From Ranitomeya imitator (lineage: Eukaryota), in contig NC_091287.1 in NCBI RefSeq assembly GCF_032444005.1, forward strand, positions 25,172,001-25,236,000: a stretch of DNA of 64,000 nucleotides, read 5' to 3'. This document shows, piece after piece, positions 1 through 13,122 of this stretch. Each line of letters starts with the position of its first letter. The stretch's first letter is position 1. The notes under the pieces were generated by a model, which saw only the letters and a program-made list of their open reading frames with translations, was not told the DNA's origin and did no database searches. Position numbers and translations under genes: made by a program.

Positions 1-485
1 ACCATAAGAGCTTACACTCTACAGGAGAGAGGACCCCGCTGACCATAAGAGCTTACACTCTACAGGAGAGAGAGGACCCCACTGACCATAAGAGCTTACA
101 CTCTACAGGAGAGAGAGGACCCCGCTGACGATAAGAGCTTACAATCTACAGGAGAGAGAGGACTCCGCTGACCATAAGAGCTTACATTCTACAGGAGAGA
201 GAGGACCCCACTGACCATAAGAGCTTACACTCTACAGGAGAGGGAGGACCCCGCTGACCATAAGAGCTTACACTCTACAGGAGAGAGAGGACCCAACTGA
301 CCATAAGAGCTTACATTCTACAGGAGAGAGAAGACCCAACTGACCATAAGAGCTTACACTCTACAGGAGAGGGAGGACCCCGCTGACCATAAGAGCTTAC
401 ACACTACAGGAGAGAGAAGACCCAACTGACCATAAGAGCTTACATTCTACAGGAGAGCGAGTACCCCATTGATCATAAGAGCTTA
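1..485. repeat. ~43-bp minisatellite, left part (runs off window start)
   Basis: Tandem units GACCATAAGAGCTTACACTCTACAGGAGAGAGAGGACCCCACT with variable (GA)n length. Confidence 0.97.
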
Positions 486-1624
486 TGAGTCACCGCCTGG
501 GCAGTGGGGTACTCGGTACTGGGTCCGGTCGCACTTAAAAGGGATGACACGGTGGCTGCGTCCCGGTACATGGCCCTGGGCGCTCACTTAAAGGGGAAAG
601 GTCTTTAAAGGGAATTTGGTAATAAAGTCTATGTTCGTGACGCCACCTGTGGTTTTTGGTTAGTAGGGACCGACGCTGCTTAAAGGGGTCCTGTGGGGTG
701 ATGTTATGCAGCAAGATGGTGATGCTTCCCACAGGTGAAGCGGGTTCCCCAGGGCTCCCTAAGTGTATGGCACAGATGGTGTGGTGGATGGTATAGTAAA
801 GAACCAGGACACAGGTTTGCAGTCTTTACCTGGTTTACTGACGGTAGCAGTCAGCCTCAGTCCAGGGTACCAGGCACAGGTGTTGCGGTTGTCCGGCCAG
901 CCTGAAGGCAATAGATGAATCCCTTTTCCAGTTGAGATTTGTGAGCCTTTCCTGCTAATGCTGGTGTGCGAGGTCCCTGCTGCCTGAAGCTTGCTGGCAA
1001 GGTACCCCTCCTTTCCCCTGTCCTGGGACAGGTATCTGTATGGTGGGCATCTTGAGCCGTTTTACAGGGTCTCTATCATTACCCGGGCCCTTCAGATGCT
1101 GCTGCGTCTTCAAGTGTGGTGTGGGCAAATCACATACAATTCTTAGCCCTCCGGTTCTGTCATGCGTCCTGGAGAGCGACATGACCTCGGGCTCCCGGTG
1201 TCCAGTTTTTGCGTTCTGGCTCTGAGGGTGCCCGGTCACAGTTCCCCTCTGAGCCCTTTATCTCTCCTCTACTCCTTCCCTCAATGACTCCACCACATTC
1301 AACCCCCTGGGTTTGCCTTCCTTCCTGGAGCTGCAGCTCAAAATCCTGGCTGCACGGCTCCCCTGTCTGCTCAGTATCAGACTTCCTCCTCTGTCCACTG
1401 TCTTTCACCAACTGCCTAACTCCTCCTCCAGACCAGAACACATAAAGCTGGGGAAGCTCCCCTGAATCTGGGTCCTGAGCTTCCCCTTCTGGCCTGGATT
1501 TGGAATGTGTTGTGTGTGGGTGCCTTACCTGGTGAAGGGGATCCACCTTTCCTCTAAGCATGATATTACCCTCCCCGAAAGGAAGGCAATATCACTGTAA
1601 CAACCGGTCACCTGGGGTGTTACA
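486..1624 (-). mobile_element. Solo LTR (Gypsy-like) inserted in the minisatellite
   Basis: TG...CA termini (tgagtcacc...ggggtgttaca) with 4-bp TSD CTTA (482-485, 1625-1628) splitting one repeat unit; orientation inferred only. Confidence 0.75.
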
Positions 1625-4290
1625 CTTACACTCTACAGGAGAAAGAGGACCCCGCTGACCATAAGATCTTACACTTTACAGGAGAGAGATGACCCCAGTG
1701 ACCATAAGAGCTTACACTCTACAGGAGAGAGAGAGGACCTCACTGACCATAAGAGTTTACACTCTACAGGAGAGAGAGGACCCCACTGACCATAAGAGCT
1801 TACACTCTACAGGAGAGAGAGGACCCAACTGACCACAAGAGCTTACACTCTACAGGAGAGAGGGAACCCCACTGACCATAAGAGCTTACACTCTACAGGA
1901 GAGAGAGGACCCCACTGACCATAAGAGCTTACACTCTACAGGAGAGAGAGGACCCCACTGATCATAAGAGCTTACACTCTACAGGAGAGCGAGGACCCCA
2001 CTGACCATAAGAGCTTACACTCTACATGAGAGAGAGGACCCCACTGACCATAAGAGCTTACACTCTACAGGAGAGAGAGGACCCCACTGACCATAAGTGC
2101 TTATACTCTACAGGAGAGAGAGGACCCCACTGACCATAAGAGCTTATACTCTACAGGAGAGAAAGAGAGGACGCCAATGACCATAATAGCTTACACTGTA
2201 CAGAAGAGAGAAGACCCCACTGACCATAAGAGCTTACACTCTACAGGAAAGAGAGAGGACCCCACTGACCATAAGAGCTTACACTCTACAGGAGAGAGAG
2301 AGGACCCCACTAATCATAAGATCTTACACTCTACAGGAGAAAGATGACCCCACTGACCATAAGAGCTTACACTCTACAGGAGAGAGAGGATCCCACTGAC
2401 CATAAGAGCTTACACTCTACAGGAGAGAGAGGACCCCACTGACCATAAGTGCTTATACTCTACAGGAGAGAGAGGACCCCACTGATCATAAGCGCTTACA
2501 CTCTACAGGAGAGAGAGGACCTCACTGACCATAAGAGCTTACACTCTACAGGAGAGAGAGGACCCCACTGACCATAAGAGCTTATACTCTACAGGAGAGA
2601 GAGGACCCTGCTGACCATATCAGCTTACACTCTACAGGAGAGAGAGGACCCCACTGACCATAAGAGCTTATACTCTACAGGAGAGAGGACCCTGCTGACC
2701 ATATGAGCTTACACTCTACAGGAGAGAGAGGACCCCACTGATCATAAGCGCTTACACTCTACAGGAGAGAGAGGACCTCACTGACCATAAGAGCTTACAC
2801 TCTACAGGAGAGAGAGGATCCCACTGAACATAAGAGCTTATACTCTACAGGAGAGAGAGGACCCTGCTGACCATATCAGCTTACACTCTACAGGAGAGAG
2901 AGGACCCCACTGACCATAAGAGCTTATACTCTACAGGAGAGAGGACCCTGCTGACCATATGAGCTTACACTCTACAGGAGAGAGAGGACCCCACTGACCA
3001 TAAGAGCTTACACTCTACAGGAGAGAGAGGACCTCGCTGACCATAAGAGCTTAAACTCTACAGGAGAGAGAGGACCTCACTGACCATAAGAGCTTACACT
3101 CTACAGGAGAGAGAGGACCTCGCTGACCATAAGAGCTTACACTCTACAGGAGAAAGAGGATCCCACTGACCATAAGAGCTTACACTCTACAGGAGAGAGA
3201 GGATCCCACTGACCATAAGAGCTTATACTCTACAGGAGAGAGAGGATCCCACTGACCATAAGAGCTTATACTCTACAGGAGAGAGAGGATCCCACTGACC
3301 ATAAGAGCTTACACTCTACAGGAGAGAGAGGATCCCACTGACCATAAGAGCTTACACTCTACAGGAGAGAGAGGATCCCACTGACCATAAGAGCTTACAC
3401 TCTACACTAGAGAGAGGATCCCACTGACCATAAGAGCTTACACTCTACAGGAGAGAGAGGACCCCACTGACCATAAGAGCTTACACTCTACAGGAGAGAG
3501 AGGACCCCACTGACCATAAGAGCTTACACTCTACAGGAGAGAGAGAGGACCTCACTGACCATAAGAGCTTACACTCTACAGGAGAGAGAGAGGACCTCAC
3601 TGACCATAAGAGCTTACACTCTACAGGAGAGAGAGGACCCCACTGACCATAAGAGCTTATACTCTACAGGAGAGAGGACCCTGCTGTCCATATGAGCTTA
3701 CACTCTACAGGAGAGAGAGGACCTCACTGACCATAAGAGCTTACACTCTACAGGAGAGAGAGGACCTCGCTGACCATAAGAGCTTACACTCTACAGGAGA
3801 GAGAGGACCCCGCTGACCATAAGAGCTTACACTCTACAGGAGAGAGAGAGGACCCCACTGACCATAAGAGCTTACACTCTACAGGAGAGAGAGGACCCCA
3901 CTGACCATAAGAGCTTACACTCTACAGGAGAGAGAGGACCCCACTGACCATAAGAGCTTACACTCTACAGGAGAGAGTGGACCCCACTGACCATAAGAGC
4001 TTACACTCTACAGGAGAGAGAGGACCCCACTGACCATAAGAGCTTACACTCTACAGGAGAGAGAGGACCCCGCTGACCATAAGAGCTTACACTCTACAGG
4101 AGAGAGTGGACCCCACTGACCATAAGAGCTTACACTCTACAGGAGAGAGTGGACCCCACTGACCATAAGAGCTTACACTCTACAGGAGAGAGAGGACCCC
4201 ACTGACCATAAGAGCTTACACTCTACAGGAGAGAGTGGACCCCGCTGACCATAAGAGCTTATACTCTACAAGAGAGAGAGAACACTGCTG
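1625..4290. repeat. ~43-bp minisatellite, right part (~60 units)
   Basis: Same unit as 1-485. Confidence 0.97.
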
Positions 4291-4842
4291 ACCCCTTTCA
4301 CACATCAGGTTTTCGCTATCAGGCTAAATCCGGCTTCTTTTGAAAAAAAACGGATCAAGCGAAAGCTGTCCCTGGATCCGTTTTTGTCTCATAGACTTGT
4401 ATTAGTACCGGATTGCGCCGGATGGCCTCATGTTTCGTCCGTCTTTCGCCGGATCGGACGAAAAGGGGTTTTCCGGCACCTGAAAAAAATGTACAAAGTT
4501 ACGTTTTTTGAAGACACAAAAGAGCATAGTAGAACCAAAAACACTCAGTTTAAAAAAATCACAGTAATCCGCAAAAAAAATCGGACAGCGCTGTATACGG
4601 AGCGTCCAGCTTTTTGCTAGAATGGAAGCCTATGGGATCTATCAAATTTTGGCGCCGGATTCCGTTTTTTTCAACTGCGCATGCTCAGATTTTTTTAGTA
4701 TCCAATTAGCTGAATCAGCTAGTCAGATCCATCGAAAAAACGGATCCGTCGCATCAGTTTTTCAAAATCTGCGCCGGATCCATTTTTTTCAACATTCGCC
4801 AGATTCAGCCTGACGGCGAAAACCTGATGTGTGAAACAGGCC
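4290..4842. mobile_element. PIF/Harbinger-type MITE
   Basis: TIR tttcacacatcaggttttcgc / gcgaaaacctgatgtgtgaaa; right end ...ggcc|TTA; left end degraded; same family as 25222-25758. Confidence 0.8.
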
Positions 4843-5135
4843 TTAGCCAGTGAGTCTGGAGAGGGAAAATTAATGTGTAGTACAATCTGTGTTCCGCTGG
4901 GAGCCACTGATCTGTGATGGCCCCAGTACTGGCCACCACTGTATAAGGAGTGATAATCCTCTAGATGTCATAGCTACAGGGAATTATGGGGAGGCCACAC
5001 GGTATTGTAAAAAGTCATTCGCTCTCTGGTGCTTCAGCAGTGTGTGAAATAGCGTCCGAGCAAAGTATTTTTTGTGAACCACGAATTGAATCTTAATAAT
5101 ATTATTCAAGATTATTCAAACTAATATTCAAATTA

Positions 5136-5463
5136 GGCTACGTTCACATTAGCGTTAAGCTAATGTGCGTCGGGTTTGCGTCGGCGACGCATCGGCGACG
5201 CATGCGTCATGCGCCCCTATACTTAACATGGGGGACGCATGCGTTTTTGTTTGTTGCGTTGTGCGACGCATGCGTCTTTTTTGCCGCAAGCGTCGGACCA
5301 AGAAAACGCAACAAGTTGCATTTTTCCTGCATCCGATTTTCGGCAAAAAACGACGCATACGTCGCAAAACGCAGCGTTTTTGCATGCGTTTTGCTGCGTT
5401 TTTGCGTGCGTTGTGCGTTGCGTCGCCGACGCAGTGGCGCACAACGCTAGTGTGAACGTAGCC
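5136..5463. mobile_element. PIF/Harbinger-type MITE
   Basis: TTA|ggctacgttcacattagcg ... cgctagtgtgaacgtagcc|TTA; internally palindromic, GACGCA-rich. Confidence 0.9.
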
Positions 5464-6487
5464 TTAGAGTGAAACAATAGATATCAGGGCATTTTATTTA
5501 AACTCAGTCCTCCATGGATCGATCCGCTCATCTCTAAAATATATATATATATTTCATCCTATACTTACAGTATCTATATCCTATCCGTCTATGATCTCCT
5601 ATCCATCTCATCTATTCTCATTGTGGACATATCATTTCACGTCTCCTGTAGCTTCTGGTTCTGCAATATTTTCTAATGAAACCATTCACCCGTGACTGAG
5701 GAAGGTTGGATATAATCAAAGGTAAGGTATATATTTGCTGACGAAAGTCTAATTAACAAGGCTATATCTGGCCTAAATATAAACCTGACGTTAATAGCAC
5801 TGACGGTGGAGCTTTGGCTGAACACTTCATTACTTTCCCTTTTTTGCAGGATTTCTACGTTTCCAGTGAATTGAACAAGTCATATCGCCTGAGCTGTTTC
5901 ACAATGCACATTGATGATAATTTTTTCGATTATATTAATTTAAATGAATTACATCGTTTCCTAATCCTTTATGTAAAATATCAGAAACTACTTTATGTAT
6001 AACTGTCCCACTACTGTGTTTAAAGAAATGTGAAAATCTTTTTCTTATATCACATTTCTCAGCTGATCTATGATCACATGAAGTTTCAAGCCCAAAATAT
6101 GGGTCTACATTGCATGACATAATGTCCTCTTCGAATATTATCTGGCGCATTATTATCAGTCTTTATGAAAATCTACACTTGCCAATGGACCTGATTCTGA
6201 TGGCAAAATTCTGTGGGGCTTATATATACCCCTCTCCAAAGTGGGATATTTGGGGTGGTCCTTGATTTTCTTGGTTATTCGTAGGGACAGGGCTGAAATA
6301 TCCTTGTTTTGATCTTCCTAATCATGACCAATGACTCCTCTATCTATTATCTATAGCTGTGAACAATTATGTATTTAGTAATCCCATGGAGATTATAGTA
6401 CAGAAAAATACTATTTTTTTTGTATTTACCAACAGTCCCCATTTTGCTGGATAGTGTTGGGCTCACCTCATGAGGTAGATCCTTCAA

Positions 6488-7969
6488 GCCCATGACCCGG
6501 GTGGGCACAAGGGCCGCGAGCGTCAGGGCAGCAAACAGGTAGGGCACACAGAACATGGATAGCTGAGGGACTGGAGACAGTAAACAGACAAGAAACCATT
6601 AGCAGAGGTACTGGAACCCACAGGCAGGAGATGTCCTGGAGACCGCAGACAGGTAGCTAAGATACTGGAAGCGGCAGGCAGAAGATGTCCAGGAGACCGC
6701 AGACAGGTAGCTAAGATACTGGAAGCTGCAGGCAGAAGATGTCCTGGAGACCGCAGACAGGTAGCTAAGATACTGGAACCCCCAGGCAGAAGATGTCCTG
6801 GAGATCACAGATAGGTAGCTGTGATAATGGAAACCACAGCGAGGCAGGAGACATCCTTGAGACCACAGACAGGTAACTGAGATACTGGAAACCACAGGCA
6901 GGCTGGATACATCCTTGAGACCACAGACAGGTAGCTGAGATACTGGAAACCACAAGCAGGCTGGAGACATCCTTGAAACCACAGACAGGTAGCTGAGATA
7001 CTGGAAACCACAGGCAGGCTGGAGACATCCTTGAGACCACAGATAGGTAGCTGAGATACTGGAAACCACAAGCAGGCTGGAGACATCCTTGAGACCACAG
7101 ACAGGTAGCTGAGATACTGGAAACCGCAAGCAGGCTGGAGACATCCTTGAAACCACAGACAGGTAGCTGAGATACTGGAAACCACAGGCAGGCTGGAGAC
7201 ATCCTTGCGACCACAGACAGGTAGCTGAGATACTGGAAACCACAGGCAGGCTGGATATATCCTTGAGACCACAGACAGGTAGCTGAGATACTGGAACCCC
7301 CAGGCAGAAGATGTCCTGGAGATCACACATAGGTAGCTGTGATAATGGAAATCACAGCGAGGCAGGAGACATCCTTGAGACCACAGACAGGTAGCTGTGA
7401 TAATGGAAACCACAGCGAGGCAGGAGACATCCTTGAGACCACAGACAGGTAACTGAGATACTGGAAACCACAGGCAGGCTGGATACATCCTTGAGACCAC
7501 AGACAGGTAGCTGAGATACTGGAAACCACAGGCAGGCTGGAGACATCCTTGAGACCACAGACAGGTAGCTGAGATACTGGAAACCACAAGCAGGCTGGAG
7601 ACATCCTTGAGACCACAGAAAGGTAGCTGAGCAGGTCGAGGTGCACAGAGAAACTAAGAGTCTTAGGCATACTGAAGTCCTAATGCTAAGATATAGGTGT
7701 GTGTCTTGGTGAGCCTTATATATACCCGGCCAGATTATCACATGAGGTCACGCCGAGCCATCTTCAAAGCCCAACATGGAGAACAACAGAGTTTAGCAGA
7801 CTGGGGTGAGGGAAGTAAAGCACGGATCCAGGACAGGTGTGCAACAGTCATTGAACCAGACAGCAGTGTGGCGATGTGTAATAAAACCACACCCAAAAGG
7901 GAACTATAGGGCCAATGATGGCAGTTCCTAGGTGTTCCTGGACATTACGGGGCAGGACTTAATGTTACA
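6488..7969 (-). mobile_element. Degraded LTR-like element carrying a tandem array
   Basis: Right end tgttaca, TATA-like tatatata at ~7717, left end resembles (tgt)catgacccggg; no TSD found. Confidence 0.4.
6605..7630. repeat. 58-bp minisatellite (~18 units)
   Basis: Unit GAGACATCCTTGAGACCACAGACAGGTAGCTGAGATACTGGAAACCACAGGCAGGCTG; explains the minus-strand ORFs at 6599-7670. Confidence 0.93.
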
Positions 7970-8770
7970 TATTTTGCAGTAGATCTTTAAGCAGGTAGTT
8001 CCATACATTGGGGAATTTCCATCGTTATTTCTAGTTGACTTGCGAAGGTTGTAATTTTTGGGTGATATAAGTTGACACTAGTGACTCCTCTTGTGATCTG
8101 TGGCTTTGCCTAGGCTTCCATTAATGAGACTCAGATCTGTTATTTAACATAAAAAAGCCTTTCCAACTACACCATCTTTTATGACCAAAACAATCTAAAA
8201 ATGTAAAAAAGCAGACAAGATTGTCACAGATACTTGTGCTTCAGGCCAGTACCTGGGGCAGCATACAGCTGGCAGTGTTGCAGGCTCCTGAGAAAATCAA
8301 AAACAGCGCTATTTTCATTGACAGACAGTGACAGTTTTTACTTTCTAAATACTGGAAGGTGCAAAGGAGCCATTTGATCCACCAGGATCAGGAGAAGGCT
8401 GACACCATCAAAGCTATTGGTAGACACTGCAGGGTGCCTGGGCTGCAGATAAAAGGACATTATCTATATTGCAATATGCAGGCCAATAATTACAGTGGCA
8501 CTTGAAAGTTTTTGAACCCTTCAACATTCCTCATGTTTCTGCATAAATTGGATTGTGCTCGCATGAAAATTGCTTGCCTCTTGCATGACACTCGACCGAG
8601 CTAGTGTGTCTCCGGCCTTACGAGGGCACCGTTACTGGTCGCCTGCTATTTATAAAGGGACAACTACGGTTATACTTTGCTCTGGCTATTCTGACTATCT
8701 GGTCTCAGGGGAGCCATAGCCTTTACCTTTTAACCCCACACAGAGCAGCAATACTGAACTACAACACAGG

Positions 8771-9154
8771 TGTCACAGGTAATGAAAGAGAAGTCAGGCA
8801 AGCCAAGATCATACACAGAGATAAGCGCAGTACACAGGGGGAGTCAGAAGAATGGTCGGGGACAAACAAAAAGTCAGAGCCTACCGGGAACGTGGTAACC
8901 AAAACGTGAGACGCAAGACAAAGTCAGGATACAAGCCAGAGGTCAGAACAGTCAGAGGCAAAAAGGAACACTAGTATAAGTGAACAGGTCAGGTGCTCAA
9001 GTCGTGCAGCATGAACTATAGCTGACACTGGCCCACAGGTTGCAGAGGACTTAAATAGCTCAGCCAGCTTCAAAGTGAGGCAGAGGGGATTAACTCCCAC
9101 ATGACCAGTCCAGAAACAAGACAGCTGAACATAAACTCAGAACTTTTCATGACA
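8771..9154 (-). mobile_element. Solo LTR (384 bp) nested in older LTR-like sequence
   Basis: tgtca...tgaca termini, 5-bp TSD ACAGG; ttaaatag (rc CTATTTAA, TATA-like) at ~9051. Confidence 0.7.
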
Positions 9155-9388
9155 ACAGGGATGTGGAATCGCACAGGGACCCTGAGCTAAGTCCTTTTAG
9201 TAGCCACTGGCTGGTAGTGCAGGCTGACAAGAAGAATGGCCAGGTCAGAAACAAGAAGTACAGAGAGGTTCAAATTCGTCAAGACAGGAGAATTGTCAGT
9301 AAGGGAGCTGAAGTCTGAATCAGCTACACCCACTAGAAGCACAAGAGCTAAGACACACAGGAGTTCATCAGACCTAGTATAACTATAA

Positions 9389-9584
9389 GGCCGGGATCAC
9401 ACATGCGAGAAATACGTCCGAGTCTGGCATGGTAATCCCCGGCCCTGCCGCCTGCACTCTGGAGAGGAGTGTGCGGCCGCATAGCAATACATGGAGCCGC
9501 ACGCTCCGCTCCTCAGTGTCGGGTGCAGGGCCGGGGATTACCATGCGAGACTCGAACGTATTTCTCGCATGTGTGATCCCGGCT
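9389..9584. mobile_element. PIF/Harbinger-type palindromic MITE
   Basis: TAA|ggccgggatcacacatgcgagaaatacgt...; ~55-bp near-perfect arms; right flank TCA. Confidence 0.85.
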
Positions 9585-10243
9585 TCACTGGCAGTGAATA
9601 GCAGGATTTCAGGAGCTTAAATAGCTTGCAGCCTCGCCCAGGCAAAACAGCAGGGAGTTAACACTAACTAAAGTGAACTCCCAAGTTCACAGCCTGGACC
9701 ACAAGTCATATTGAACACATCACTATCACCTGGTAACAGAAGCAGAAAAAGGATGACCGACACCGACGCAGATATCACACCCAATGGCTAGTGTGAAAAT
9801 TACACAATTTTATATTTCAAAAGAGAACCTGTCATCAGATTCATGCTGTGCAAACCACGGTCGGCATGAATCAGACACTGCGTGACTGCAGCCAGTTTTA
9901 TTTGAAGGTGTTTCGCCCCACTCCAGTTGACTGACAGGTCTCACCCTACGTGTGTAAAGCGCAGCAGTGAAAAACAGCTGTCATCCATTTACCCATAAAC
10001 AAATATGCAAAGGTCACTGATATTAATAAGCTGTGCATGTGTTACAGAGCTTGAAGAGTGTTGGATACAGCCCTGGGAGACCTCAAAGTGTTACACATGT
10101 TTTCAGGGCTTTTGAAGGTTTTGCTGTAATATCAATTTGCGGAAAATCAAACGTTTTGAAAAATTTGCGAAAAATTGCGAATTTGAATTTTTGATTTTTA
10201 GAAGATGTGTTCATCTCTAGTTGTATGTGTTCTATGTGTTCAT

Positions 10244-10360
10244 CTATAATACAATTAGGTTCTGTAGAAGGACATAGATCTGGGGATTTATTATGATGGA
10301 ATATAGGCTGAACTGGATGGACAAATGTCTTTTTTCGGCCTTACTAACTATGTTACTATG
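10244..10360 (+). mobile_element. CR1 LINE 3' end fragment
   Basis: Near-identical to the CR1 3' UTR at 39625-39740, including the ACTATGTT tail. Confidence 0.9.
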
Positions 10361-10811
10361 TAGCTCTAGTAACTGTATACTGGGGTTGTAGGCACTGTCA
10401 TGACATAGAGCATCTATTCTAACATAGCCCAATTTAGCATAGGGAGACATTAGGGTTTTTATGAGCACCATAATATGGCTGTGTGTCAGGCTGTGTTTTG
10501 GGTACAATATTATATTCCTTGAAAAGAGGGGTCAAATTCAGAAGGTGCCAACCACTATTCCTATAGTGCCAATGATGCCCTGGCCAGACATACTGTACCT
10601 CCGCCAACATTTGAGGCTTTACGGCGGCAAACTTGGTCTCTACAAATTTTACACCATTTAGTCAAAGACCCTTTGTGCGCTGCCGCACGATGCAACAACA
10701 TGGCCGTATATACAACATCCAGTCCAGAGCCGGTCACACCGGAGTACTCTAGAAGGCAAGTTAGACCCTGAAGATGACACATCCTTCAGATCTACTTTCT
10801 AGTTTGTCTAA

Positions 10812-11165
10812 AAGAGGGGGTTCCAGTGGTATGACCCCCAAACCCTGTACGGTTGGGTCATACTATCGGGGAGAGGACATATTTTCAGAAATTGCTGGAA
10901 TTGAGTTTTAAATGCCCTCCTCACTGAGCCCTTTCACATTATTTGGTCCCCCACCGGTCTCTATTTCAGGGTCCATCAATCAGTTTTTGCCCCAGGGACC
11001 GATCAAGTGGTAGAAAGTCACCGTCAGCTGGAAGTAGAAACCAGTAAGGGGCCCGGACTCCTTCAGAATCAGGATTGGTGAGTTTTGGGTTTCTTTTTGG
11101 TTCGTTTTTTTTTAAACACATTCCCAACATTTTTTTTAAAAAGTATCACACCCCAGACCATCCCT
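10812..11165. mobile_element. Degraded TTAA-type (Kolobok/T2-like) MITE
   Basis: Ends aagagggggttcca ... gaccatccct|TTAA, resembling the AGGGGTTGTCC-type termini at 12723-13122. Confidence 0.35.
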
Positions 11166-11247
11166 TTAATAAATCCAAAGTCCCTATAAAGTTCTTTAAA
11201 AAAAATCCTCAGATCTTGCGGTATTACTCTTATAAATGATTATGTTA

Positions 11248-11656
11248 GGCTTCTTTCACACTAGCGTCGGAATCTCCCCGTCGCAATGCGTCGGGGAGAG
11301 ATTCCGACGCTAGCGTTTGCTGCATTGCACAATGGGTGCAGCGGATGCATTTTTCCGGCGCATCCGCTGCCCCATTGTAAGGTGCGGGGAGGTGGGGGCG
11401 GAGTTCCAGCCGCGCATGCGCGGTCGGAAAAAGCGGTCTGTCGGGAGAAAAAAACGTTACATGTAGGGTTTTTTTCTCCCGACGGTCCGCCAAAGCACGA
11501 TGCATTCGTCGCAAGACGGATGCGAAGTGTGCAAATCCGTCGTCAATAGAAGTGTATGGGGAAAAACGCATCCTGCAAGCACTTTTGCAGGATGCGTTTT
11601 TTCTGCAAAACGACGCATTGTCACGGATTTAAAAAAACGCTAGTGTGAAAGTAACC
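11248..11656. mobile_element. PIF/Harbinger-type MITE
   Basis: TTA|ggcttctttcacactagcgt ... acgctagtgtgaaagtaacc|TAA. Confidence 0.88.
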
Positions 11657-12722
11657 TAAGGAACCCATACAAAAAAAACTTAACGTGTAATGTGTGAGTG
11701 GATTTGAATTTTTTTTTTACTTGTCAAAAATATCCACAAATCACCTAAAGAATTGATAGCGCCTCTTTAAAGTCAGGTATTGAATTGAATGTTAAAAAAA
11801 AAAGTCTCTTATGTTGAGCATAGAAGGGGAAAAAAAAAAAATCAAACACTTTCTGAATTGGACCCAAATATCCAAGGTTAATTTTCTGAGAAAGCTGCAG
11901 TAGCTAGATAAGGCCGTCCCCTGCAAATTAGTTTTGCTTGCCTGGATTACAGCTAAATTTATGCAGCCTTCCTTATCCTTTCAGAAGCGCCTCTGAAGTG
12001 TCGTAATTAACTGGCATACATAAAGTGTGCAAATTTTCTGCTTGGTGGCAGCCATTTCTCATTTCATCTAAGTTCTAACCCATATGGAAAGGTGTTTTTT
12101 TTTTTTTTTTCTTTTTGAAAAAAAAAAAAAAAATTAAACTTCCCCATATCAAAAAAAAAAAAAAAAAAAAAATCCCCTTCGACACTTTGCTGCCTGCTTC
12201 TGAGAAGAGACACATAAAGCGGCTTCCAACATACGTCTGCTTTATTATTTCAAAGGAACATACTGGATTCTGTTAGAGCAATTAGAACCTCCAGTGTTAA
12301 AAACACATAAATGAAGAAAAAGACCAAAACCCTCATAGAGCGACTCAACGGAAATTGGATCTTTCATCTTTCTTTTTTTTTTTTTCTTTTTTCTTATCTC
12401 AGTCCTTGGCATGTCTGCCAGCACAGGAGGCAGAACAATAAGTGGAGAAACCATCTTTCATGAAGCCGTTTCTTTATAGGGAGAACTTAGTTATGGGCTT
12501 GTGATCTCAATTTTTTTTTTTTTTTTTACTTTTTAGATTAAGGCAAATATTTTTTTTTTTTTCGTTTTTGTTTTTTTCCCTTTAATTCTTATTGGAGATG
12601 ACAGGAGCCAGATCTGTAAATGGGCTGCATTTCAAATAAATGAAAGATAAGAAATGATGAGAGTGAGAGTCGTCTGTTTCAGCTCCAAGTTGGAAAAACT
12701 AAAACGAGTTATCTAACATTAA

Positions 12723-13122
12723 AGGGGCTCTTTTTAAAGGGTTGGATTTTTTTTAACAACTTTATACATGCAATTCTATACTACGGTACTTTCTTCTATT
12801 ACCAAAAGTTCATCTTCTATCTGTGTGCTTGACAAAGGACAGCATTTGCTGGGTAACAACATCATCTAAGCTGTCTATGAAGGGGGCTGGCTAACAGCTA
12901 AGTCGGCCAGCCCCCTTCACAAGTGGCTCTGATAATAGGCCAGAAGAGGAAACTCCCCCCACAGAGATGGAAGTGGAGCTGCTACGACCTAGCGCCGAGG
13001 GTGAAATCGGGACATCGCTGGAGCTTTGGTATCAGAAGTACATTAGTAAGCTATATAGACTTTAATCAAGAACGTCTCTGACCACAAAACATATATATAT
13101 ACTTTTTAAATGGACAACCCCT
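12723..13122. mobile_element. Kolobok/T2-like MITE
   Basis: TTAA|AGGGG ... ggacaaCCCCT|TTAA. Confidence 0.6.

Noticed and set aside
1-4290. CRISPR-like appearance of regular repeats (also 41040 and 60517)
   Set aside because: No unique spacers, no cas genes, eukaryotic context.
5722-5849. Apparent short intron (AAG|GTAAGG ... TTTTTGCAG|)
   Set aside because: Flanking frames give no recognisable protein and hit stops soon.
6599-7670. Long Cys/Leu-rich minus-strand ORFs (up to 260 aa)
   Set aside because: Translations of the 58-bp minisatellite; several overlapping frames are open; no coding context.
10396-10779. tgtca...tgaca bounded segment as a solo LTR
   Set aside because: No TSD and no other LTR hallmarks.
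10827-10865. Small hairpin GTATGACCC...GGGTCATAC
   Set aside because: Lies inside a degraded MITE, where internal palindromes are expected.
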